Positions 35,464 to 46,000 of a stretch of 64,000 nt of DNA are shown piece by piece. Numbering within the stretch: the first letter of the stretch is position 1; each line of letters starts with the position of its first letter. The notes under the pieces were generated by a model. That model searched no databases. It worked only from the letters and a program-made list of their open reading frames with translations, and had not been told where the DNA came from. The stretch covers positions 1,336,834 through 1,400,833 of the forward strand of contig NW_003314305.1 of the NCBI RefSeq assembly GCF_000143415.4, read 5' to 3'. The DNA is from Selaginella moellendorffii. Taxonomy: Eukaryota; Plantae; Lycopodiophyta. Position numbers and translations under genes: made by a program.

Positions 35464-37763
35464 ATGGGTGCCAAGTTTCAGCCCCTTCCTCGCTTCTACT
35501 GGACGAAGGCTGCGATCAGAGACCTGTGCCGGGACGACGATCTCTACGTGAAGACGTAGTATGGTAGGAAGTTGAGGCCGCCGCCTCGTCCGCGACTAAG
35601 TCGAGAGCAGGAACGCTTTGTTCACACAGACCCTCAAGCAGGCTTGGATAGAATCAGTGGGCAGTGGGTAGCACTCCAACACCAGCTCGGGAAGAAGCAG
35701 GAAGGCACCTACATGGGTCCGATTCTGGGTCACAAGCAATACAGGTGCGAGCTCCATCTTCACAGGGGACAGAAGCAATGGAATGTCCATGCAGTCGGGG
35801 ACAAGTTTCTGGTCTACGAGACACTTCCTCCTGCGACCGACACCGGTGATGATCCTCCGGTGCTTTGTGGTCGCGACAAGTTCGTCATTGGTCGGCCTCT
35901 GTCACTAGACAACCGGGCGACGAATGTTTCCTCGTCGTGGAACTCGTTTCCAGTGTGGAGCTTGCCAAAAGAAGGCAAGGAGGGAACGATCGCTCTGCCG
36001 GGGAACTATATGGTGCCGAGCAGTAAGGTGGCGCTGCCGGGTTTAGTTCCAGGCAGAGGAGCGCTAGTCTTCGATGCCTTGTACGAGACTGTGAAGGAAG
36101 GAGGAGTGAGCTGGAGCTCCGAGATGGTTGAGAAGCTGGACAGGCTCAAGCATGGGATAATGCACCCCCACCAGGTCTGCGTGGTTCTCAAGAAGATCAA
36201 GCACGACGCATCTCTCTCGCTCAAGCTCTTTACGTGGGCCAAGACGATCCCAGGCTTCAAGCACGACTTGGTAAACTACTCGACGATGATCATGATCTTG
36301 GGAGATGACGGGAACTATCTCATGGCCGAGGCACTTTTTGTTGAGATCCAGGAGCTCGGGCTTCGCCTTGACACGTTTGCAGTGAACAACATGATCCGCT
36401 GCTACACAAGAGTGAACCGGATCCAGGAAGCTCTCGACCTCTACAGTAAGATGCCATACTTTGGCTGTCACCCGGACAATTGCACCTTCGGCCTCCTCAT
36501 CGACTGGTGCGGCAAGTTCGGCTCCCGGAAGGAGCTCCAACGGATCTTCCTCGACTTGAGAGCCTCCCCCCGCAATGCCGACGCGCAGACGTTCAACACA
36601 ATGATCCACAACTTCTGCAAGCAGCGGGACTTCACAAACGCCAGGGAAGCCGCCAACCAGATGAAAGCCTGGGTACGCCATCCTCATCCACATGTACGCC
36701 AAGGCTCGAGACTCGAAAGCAGCGGCAGAGCTCTACGCGGACTACCTCCGCTCCGGCCTAGAGCCAAACTTGATCGTCTACAACAACGTGATACTGAGTT
36801 ACGGTTCCAGCGGCTTCTCTGGCCATGCGCAGAACATCCTGGGTGATATACGAAAGGCCGGCCTCGCTCCAGATCGATTCACGTACTGCACGCTCATAAG
36901 TTCGTGGGCGAGAGCCGGAGCTATGCTGCAAGCCCGGCGATGGTTCAACAAAGCCTGCAAGACGAAGGCCGGTCCAAGCATCGAGATGTGCAACGCGCTC
37001 ATCGATGGCTACCTCAAGGCCCGAGAAGTGGAACCGGCCAAGTTCATCCTCACCAAAGTCATGCCGGAGAGAGGCGTGGAGCCGACGCTGCAAACGTACA
37101 CGATCCTCCTGGGTCACTACACGAGCAGCGTCAAGGTGGCGGACTCGAGAGCGGTGAGAGAGATGATGAAGTCGTCCTCGAAACCAGCAGCAACAGCAGC
37201 AGCAGGAGGAGGAGGAGGAGATGATCATCCCAGCGTGGACGAGTTCCTGAACGAGATCTTGCAAGGCCTCCGCGCGATCAAGGAGCTCAAGAGCTACTCG
37301 AGGGAGTTTTTCCGCAAGCTGAGGATGGACAAGCCTCCTCGCTGGGGGCGATGGCTGGCGGATGCTCTCGTCAACCATCTCCACTGCTTTGGCTACGCTC
37401 GCGAGGCCTTCTACGTGTGGGAGGGGGTCTCCTCCACAGAGCTCTACCCGAGAGGGATCTGGGAGGACTGGCAGGGAGCGTGGTTTATCTGGCTTGAGCT
37501 CCGGGACTGCGATGGTGGCGCTCACCAGTGGATTGATCGTGTCCAGGCGGAAGCTCGCGCGGGGATTCGAGAGGCCGGAGCGAGTGATCATCGTGTGTGG
37601 CTACGCGTCGGACAAGAGCAAGGAGGTGACCCATGCGGTGAACAGGACGCTGGTGGCTCTAGACTCGCCGTTTGAGCCTTTTATCTCTATGGGGAGATTT
37701 ATGTGCGAGGGGAACTTGTTTAGAGACTGGCTGTGGGAGAAGCAAGTTGCTATGGATGCTTAG
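35464..37763 (+). pseudogene. PPR-SMR pseudogene, unit 5
   Basis: TAG at 35557 shared with copy 2; 23-nt deletion ~36672 and 10-nt deletion ~37495 shift the frame. Confidence 0.88.
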
Positions 37764-38193
37764 AATTAATATGTAATTAGCACATTAATGGAAGGGTAAA
37801 AAGGACAAAGATTCGTTGGATCTAACGTTTTGATTTTGTTTATTTTTTCTTTAAGTTCAGGTATTTAGGAATTTTCTTAAATTAGCACATGGATGTGATA
37901 AGGCAAGAGCGAGCCATATGTTGTTTCAACTCAGAGGAAGCTGATGAGCTGAACACCAATGCATTGTGATGTATGATTTGGTTCTGCGGAGATCTATAAC
38001 ATAGACTATTGGGAAAGTAAACATTATGCCTAGGTAAAGTTTGTTTGGAACTTCTTTGTAAGTGCAAGATTACAAAGACAACAAGTTGCGTTGTCAAACT
38101 TTATATATATAATATATATATACATTTCAAGTACCCATTATTTAAACAACGATGCCCAGAGCTGTTTATTTTATATAAATACAGCATCATCTT

Positions 38194-38957
38194 CTAGGCA
38201 AGCTGGAGTAGATCATCCTCCTTGACGCACAGCTGGTGCCCCTGACGGTTGTAGAGCTTGCAACCTTCCTTGAGTGGCTTCTTGCAAGTGTGGCAAGAGT
38301 TGAAGTCGAGCGCAACACTTTTTGGACCTGGGCAGACATAGGAAACAAAACCACATTCGCGCGTGCAGACTTTACCAGGTCCTGAGACGCATATTGATTT
38401 GCCATGCCCCAAGTCCAAGCAACCTTGAGGAATGGTGCAACAAGTAGCGCAGCTGCCTGGCGTCCAAGGATGGACAGTGCCTCCACAAATCTCCACGGCA
38501 TCCTTCAAGCAGGACTTGTCATCACCATTTACTGGCAGTGGTGCACCAGTCTTTAAATTGTAGAGATGACAGCCATTCGAAGGCTCCTTATCCGGTGGGA
38601 GCACAGAAATTGGAATTCGGTTAGTCCCTCGGGATGGGCAGACTTTGATTTTTGGTGGTTCACAAATTAAGGGGCAAAGACGAGAAGCAGAGGTGCCACC
38701 AAGACAAACTGGACTGCCAGTTCCAGGCTCTAGATATATGCATCCAGCCTTAAGCGCACAGCAATTGGAGCATTCGTCCAGAGTGACAACAGCATCACTA
38801 CAAACCTGGAGACGATGGCTGCCGGCTGCAAAATCATCATGACAAGGCATTCAAGAAGTCAGTCCTGAAAGAAAGAATCAAAACTTGGAGATCAACCTGC
38901 AGATATCAGAAGTAGCTGAAAGCTTAGGATAGTGAGGAACAAAAATGAAGCTGCCAT
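38194..38957 (-). CDS. Pin-II-like inhibitor, copy 5 (reactive loops CPLIC / CTREC)
   Basis: Intact, one-codon insertion (LPVNG), 24 Cys retained. Confidence 0.8.
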
Positions 38958-41334
38958 GTTGTTGTGGTGCTGAACCTCAGGCTGTTTGGATTTATAGTCA
39001 GACAGAGTCCTATCTATGTGATGACTTGGCATCCCGAATCCTGATCGCTCTCTACAGAATCTCACGTTTTCCGGACTTCAAAGTTGCGTGTTACATGTCA
39101 GGATTGTAGTGATCGGGGGACCACCTACCCTGACTCTCTGTGGTGACTTTTCAAAAACAAATCATATACTTCCGTGTTCCATCAGTATTTTGAGGACGTC
39201 ATGATTGTCCTAATCAGGGCCACCTGTGGTGATGTGAATTAGGGCCACGTGACCGGATACAAAGGATTTTTACGTGGGTTAGCGAGCAATGCAGATCTAG
39301 CAGCTCACAGCGCTGCCACAGCAATGTGCTATTAGATCGATTGATCTTAGAGGTTTCCGGCCTCTGCACAGCCAGTGGTTTCTTCCTCCGGCCTATGGCA
39401 CCGCTAGAAAATCCTCCAGACCGACTCAGCCCTTGAAGAACAGATCGAGATTGAGGAGGAGCAAGAGATTGCACGAACTATCGCGGATTATTGGGGAAGA
39501 TCTTGCGTTGGGAGCTCGACCGCAATTCTGCCTAGCTGCTCTAGATTTGCAAGTCGAGCGTTCAAACGGAGAGTGCTCATGAAATTGAGCTCCGTCTATA
39601 AATTCAATCCTTTATGGGCTCCGACCAATGTGAGTGCCACGTCTGCATTTGACAAGGTGATGCCGCGATTCAAATTTCTGGCGCTTGGATTCCCGGTGCC
39701 TCAACATGGGTAATACCATATGGATTGAAATATCACATATTGAATGATTTTGGAACAGCTTATACACAACAAGGGAACTCTTTTGATTATGATCATGAAA
39801 TTATTTTCTAATAAAGCATATATGTATATATACACATTTGTGGGCTCAGCTGGAGGCATTCACAATATACAAATTGATTTCCTTGTCCTGATTTTAATCT
39901 TGGAGTCCCTCTCTTTTGCCAATGTCAAAATTACTTTTGCCTGTTGAACTTTACTAGACCAAAGACAAAAAATCCATTTTTATCCATTGCATTGTGGTTT
40001 AATGCATCTAGTTGTTGAGTGCTACATGTATACTTATTCTTTCAAAGCCTAGAAAAAAATCATTTGCTGCATGTAGCATGCAGAAATATTGGTTTGGTTT
40101 GTTTTGATCAATTAATTTATAAACACAAGATTAATCATACTCCCTTATCTTTTTCTAGAATAATATCTAAAATTATGCTTTTGATCTAACGTTTGAAATT
40201 TTTAAACTTTAATTAGACAGCATAGATTAAACCACATGCAAAAAAGGTGGCAACCTTCAATTTTGATTTTAATGATGCAATTGTGCAAGTCCCATGTGAC
40301 TTTTCAGCTTGCCAAGAATTGCAATGCAATAACAACTGGATCAATCAAGTGGACGAGATCAAAATCTTAAAATTCTATTGTAAGCCAAAGCATGAGACTC
40401 ATGAGGTATTGGCTTTTAGCATTTATTTCCGAAGGCAACTAATGAAGCCAGCATGCTTAGTGATTGACTGCCCTTCCACTGAAGTTTGCTGAGACAACAA
40501 GAGTAAAGAACACTACCAGGAAGCCATTAGGTGAGCCAGACTATGCATTCCTAAGTGAGTTATCTTGTAACACTACACTAAACTGTGGGGATTGAACATG
40601 TCCTGCAACCATCTGATTGCAATGATTTACATGTTGTTCCAATCCTTGCTTCTGTATACATCATTGGAAATGGTAACTATGATCCATTTGCTGGTTATAC
40701 TATCTTGGAGAATTGGCTTTTGTAAGGATTAGTGATACCACCAACAGTTCCAAAATGCATCTTAGTAGCAATATGCTTTACAAGGAATTGTGTGATCCGT
40801 GGCTGCCATGCACATGGACAACTGATTATAGTGGCCGAGGCTTGTTAGTAGAGGAGTGTGCATTTAACCAGGTTGGATCACCACTAAGAGGATCTGGAGC
40901 ACATTACTTGGCTATAAAGAAGTGAGAAAGGCAAGGAAAATAAAGAATCAATGACTTCAAAACAAGTTCAAAATGGAGAGAAGTATAAATAAATACATAT
41001 TTCATCCATAAATAAACTGTATTTATATGTCCAATTATTAGATATGATTTTAAATAATAAATTAGTATTTATTTTAAAAAATTCGGTTTTTTATTATTCA
41101 CTTTTTCTAAATGTTTAAAAAGTAAAAAAAACCTAATGCATGCAATAATTGTATTAGAAAACAATTGAGCTGATAAAAGGAAAGAATATAAAATTTTTAA
41201 TTGTGTCTAGGTAATACCTATAAAATTTAATTTCATAAATATAAAATATTATTTAAATAATATTTAAATTTAAATAAATAATGAACAAAAAATAACTTTA
41301 TTTTAAAATATAATTAATGATGTTTTATAAATTA

Positions 41335-41370
<36 letters not shown>

Positions 41371-41377
41371 TATATAT
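41335..41377. repeat. (TACA)n(TA)n microsatellite inside a very AT-rich tract (~40960-42050)
   Basis: Seen directly. Confidence 0.85.
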
Positions 41378-42069
41378 TATTTGAATATGATGATCCTATC
41401 AATATCTAACTTTATTTATTTGATAATTGTCAAAACATTACCTTTTATTAAATAAATAAGTTAATTAATAAACTACCAAGAAGTGGACTAGATTCAGTAA
41501 ATGATTATAAATCTAAATGAATTAACTATATTTTTAGATTAAACTTAAAATTTACAAATGATGTTATAAATTTCATGGTTTACACATTGCAAGTGTTTAA
41601 AATAAATATTTTTTTGTTTATTAAATGATCTTTGTATATTAAGCTAAAAATTTAAAATGAAAATAATGTTACTTTATAAATTTTTTGAAAGAGAGAGTAT
41701 TTTTTAATTTTAAATTAAAAATAAAACTTAAAATTTTAGTGAAATATCATTTAATATTATAGAAACATATTATACACAGTATGTTATGTGGTATTTTTAT
41801 TTTTCCTCATATTTTTAAATTTCAATTTTAACTTGAAGTAAACAAATACATTATTCACTCCAACATTACTTTTGTAAGCAGAGTTAGGATCCTTACTAGT
41901 TTTATTATATATCAACTATTAGATGGTAAAACAAACTAAGAAGTGTTTTATAAATTATAAACATTATACATACATCATTTATCCCAAAATATTCAAATAT
42001 CCATTACCACAAAGTGCAATTAACATGGTATAAAACTTGGTTATATCAAGTAATCAGTTCTATTATCCA

Positions 42070-42482
42070 TCCTCCTTTCTCATCCACGCAAAGGAATCTA
42101 TGCACCTGGCTGTGAAAAGCTCTATGGTGCTTGTGAGTGTCTCTCCAGTGCTTCCCATATGGACAAGTCCCAAGTCCCAAATAGTTGTAGCTGAAATGCT
42201 CGCCTAAAACCATGTATGGCCTGGAACCAAAATTCACGTCGTGTGTTGTAAAGACTTCCTTGACAAGCTCCTGGCTAGAGATAACCACGGTGGGCATCAT
42301 TCCCAGCCTCAAGAGTACTTTTTGGAGATATATTGTAATCCCTTATGTGGGAATATTCCTGCCAATAAATGAAGGTGGCCGATTAGAGGCAGTCCCCATG
42401 GGCCTGGGGTGACGTTTTTGTGAGATTTGTAACTCCATGAGAGAACCAAGAAGAGAATTAACGCCACAAAGAGGATATACAT
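42070..42482 (-). pseudogene. 5' fragment of cytochrome P450 (copy of 60215-60643)
   Basis: LRLGMMPTVVISSQELVKEVFTTHDVNFGSRPY matches the intact CYP; deletions/frameshifts; 3' part absent. Confidence 0.88.
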
Positions 42483-42594
42483 CAGTGGCCTATGAAAGCA
42501 AAAATTGTCCGACCTTTATTTTGCAGTGCGTGGTTTTTTTCTCCGCCACGTTGTTCTAAGTGGACTTTCTGAACAAAAGAAAGATCAGATGTGT

Positions 42595-43022
42595 GCCTCA
42601 ACAAATCTTCCAAGCAGGACTTGTCATCAACCTTTATTGGCGGCCATTCGAAAGCGCCTCTCCAGACTTTGAATTTTGGTGGTGGTTCACAATTTTTGAC
42701 GAATAGAAACTGGACTCTCAGTTCCAGGCTTTATATGCATCCAGCCTTCAGTGCACAGCAATTGGAGCATTCGTCCAGAGTGACACGAGACGATTGCAAA
42801 ATCATTATAACAAGGCATTCATTGAAACAAATAATATTTGAACAAGAATCACACAAATGTTGTGTTATACAAATATTACCTAATATTTTTGGGCGACAAA
42901 ACCTTTTTGAGTGAGTGTCACAACTTTCTAAGATCCTCTGCCTGGAATAACACAAAAGGTTGACAACGAGAGAGAAGAAGACCTTTAGATAGCCAACTTT
43001 GTTCCAGTCGAAGGCGAGCATT
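42595..43022 (-). pseudogene. Degenerate older Pin-II-like paralog
   Basis: VTLDECSNCCALKAGCI remnant; signal-like exon MLAFDWNKVGYLKVFF; stops and frameshifts. Confidence 0.7.
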
Positions 43023-46000
43023 GTCACTGGCAGTGAATTCCAGGTATTTCTGGTTCTTTTTTCTTCGCGTAAAACGCTGCGATTTTTTTATAATGTACCT
43101 CTTACGAGCAGCGGAGCATTCATGTCCAGTTGCTGAGCTTGTGCTGGAATGTACACGAGTGAAGCCTTGCACATCCCTTCCTTCCAGGTCTTTGTCTATT
43201 TTGGATAGAAACTTATTTCCTTCTTTTGTAAGTGCAGTTCTTCCATTCCATCTGAAGACCCTCTAAAGTTACATGAGTTGCAAAACACTTGATGGAGCTT
43301 ATGAGCACGAAAGAGTTGCTTCACAATGCCATGGTCCTCGTAATGAGGATCGACAAAGACATCGCAATTTCGAGGTAGTGGAAACTTTATTTTCTGGTTA
43401 CTGAATTCGTTAGCGATGTGCAGGCCACAAAGTTTGCTCGCCTTATAATAGATCACTTCGATTTATTAAGTGAAGCATTCCTTCCGAGCAAACTACGTAA
43501 GCTGCGCAGCTCCTGCTCGGTCTTTCAGCTCCTCGGGGGTGTTGAAATGACGGCCATGGGATCAGCACCGACATTCATGGATTCACAGAGAAGGGGTGCT
43601 GTGGAGGCAATCAGCGCCAGAGGACTCGGAGCTGTGGTGAGATGCCGATCATGTAAGTAGATCTTCTTGCTGAGCAGTGCTGAGTGTGAATTCCTTTTCC
43701 TGGACTTTTCTTTGTTTTTCTGTAGGGATGCCGGAGAGATCGATCGTTTTCATCAATGAAGACTACAAGCGCGATGTTTTACCACTACTCCCAGCGCAGG
43801 TTTTCTCTTTGTTTCTGCGTGACATAAAACTTTCTCTATTTCACCAGCTTCATGCGAGAGAGATGGCCAACTCAGTGAATATCGTGCAGTACGATGGAGT
43901 TTTTTGCGTTTTTGTCGAGGTGCGTTTTAGCTTCAAGATAGAGCACTCTTTTTGCAGAGGCAGTTACACATGGTTTACGCCTAACCGGTATCCTCGTCGA
44001 CTGGAGTGATGGAGGGAGCATTCGTCATGGTTTTGCTGCAAAACGTTCCTTTAAGATTTCGCGTTCTCTTACGTCCATAGCAGTTTGCATATGGCCTTCT
44101 TGATCTCATTGTTCTCCGGGACTCAAGCTCATTGACCTGCTTACGAGCATACAGCGGTGGAATGCAAGTATCTCACGTATGTCTCACTCGAAGCTTTGTT
44201 TGATCTTTGATGCATATATAGGTGTAAGCGTTCCCGGTGGAAGAGTGTTCCAAGGAGGATACATCGACGTTGATGGTGACATAATCGATCACGGAGGAAC
44301 TGTCAACGCGAGTTCTTTCTTATCGTCTTCGTTCTTTTTGTTCATGCTAGCCGCAAATGCTACCGGCAACCTGGAATTGTCAACAGGCATGCATACGATC
44401 AGTGTACACAGATATTTTTGGTTCTTTTTTCTTTCCTGGCGCGAATTTGTTGTTTAACGTACTTATGACGAGCAGCGACTGAAAGTTTGCAGCATTCATA
44501 CGTTCTATCGGGAAGAGACGGAGACCTGTATAAAGAACCCAAGGCTTCACTGGCACTGGCCAGCCGTGTATATTCCGCCACAACCTGGACATCTTCTTTT
44601 ATACATGCAAAATTTTCCATTCCATCTGAAGGCCCTCAAGAGCACTTGATGGAGTTGCTGAAGATGAAACATATGAGTCGCTTGACATGCCATTGTCCTC
44701 GTAATGGCGCTGGGTAAACACTGATCGTATGTATCCCCTTGGCAATACCTAGCACGAAAAATAAATGAAAGCGAAAAAAGAGTACTCACGTTGAATCTTA
44801 TAGAGAGATTTCTTTATCGCAGCCTGGAATTGAGACATTTGCATCGTACCACTACTCTCAGCTATCAAATCCTCGTCACAACCTCACCATCGACATCAAT
44901 GTATCCTACTTGGAACGGTCTTCCACCGGGAACGCTTTCACCTATGCGTCAAAATCAAACGCTCTTCTTGTAAGCTTTTCGAGCGATTTACTTTGACATA
45001 CGTGAGATACTTGGATTCCACCGCTTTCCCTTGCTATATGCTTGTAAGCAGGGCGATGAACTTGCAGTCCCGGATAGAAATTCGTCTGCATACTGCTATG
45101 AAAGGACAACGAGATCTTAGAGTGTGTACCTTGGACTCAGGGAACGGAGTTGAAGCCTTCACTAGCCCAAGGAACGTTTTGCAGCAAAAACATTACGATT
45201 GCTCCCTCCAATCGCTTCTCAGCGACGAGGATACCCGTCACGAGGAGCCGGTCGCAGCGCGTCTCCTTCTCTCGTTGTCTCGCCGTAGTAAGGTGCTCCA
45301 TGCACTGGACCGTAGGCAAAAACATCGTTGTGCGTAAGATACGTATCAAGCTCTGCAACAGGTGTTATTTTAGCTCTTTCTTGAAGACCACTTGCGTAAA
45401 TTTGGATGCAATGCAACCGTGGCGACATCAGCCGCTTGATTGTGACTTAAAAGAAGTGTCAATGCTCTGTAATATTGCTCAAGGACTCCGCTCAGAGAAG
45501 CAAAAAGAATTACCGCGTATTAAGCAAACGTTATAGCAAGGCTCCCAGGCAGCATCTAACAAGGATTTAGCATTGTTGCATTCAAACAAAAACAAGCAAC
45601 ACTTGAAAGATGCAAAAGCATTTTGTTTCCGAAAGTTCATTGCAGGAAAAGCACCTTGGTGAAATCGTGTTTAATTTGAATTGCCAATTTAGTATTTGAG
45701 AGCACTAAAAAATGTGCTAATTGGGCATTTTCAAATGCCAGATTTAAATTGCAAAAAAAAAAAAAAAAAATTACAAACAAGAAGAAAACAAAACAAGTGA
45801 AAGTGAAACCTTTTTTCGTGACCTTAATGCGATGTCCTGGGAGTAGTGGCAAAACATTGCGCTTGTACTACCTGAACAAAAAATTCCAGGAAAAGAGCAC
45901 AGCTCGTTCTAGGAGAAGATCTACTCATATGATCGAGTTCATAAGCCACAAATTCCTCTTGCGCTGATTGTCCCTCGGAATCCAAGAAAGACGGATCTCG

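Larger units (their letters stand above)
2391..40450. repeat. Five-unit tandem segmental duplication (junctions at ~12260, ~21044, ~28008, ~32084)
   Basis: Recurrent SHPRH/PPR/Pin-II/spacer order with high nucleotide identity and visible breakpoints. Confidence 0.95.

Noticed and set aside
2391-40450. Array as a CRISPR-like or purely artefactual repeat
   Set aside because: No short repeat-spacer structure; units differ by many private indels, microsatellite lengths and distinct junctions. Some haplotype mixing cannot be excluded without reads.
40960-42050. AT-rich tract as a MITE or other transposon
   Set aside because: No terminal inverted repeats, TSD or coding remnant that I could identify.
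45724-45739. GGCATTT-TC-AAATGCC hairpin followed by an A-run as a terminator or element end
   Set aside because: Eukaryotic context and a short stem; no further element structure found.
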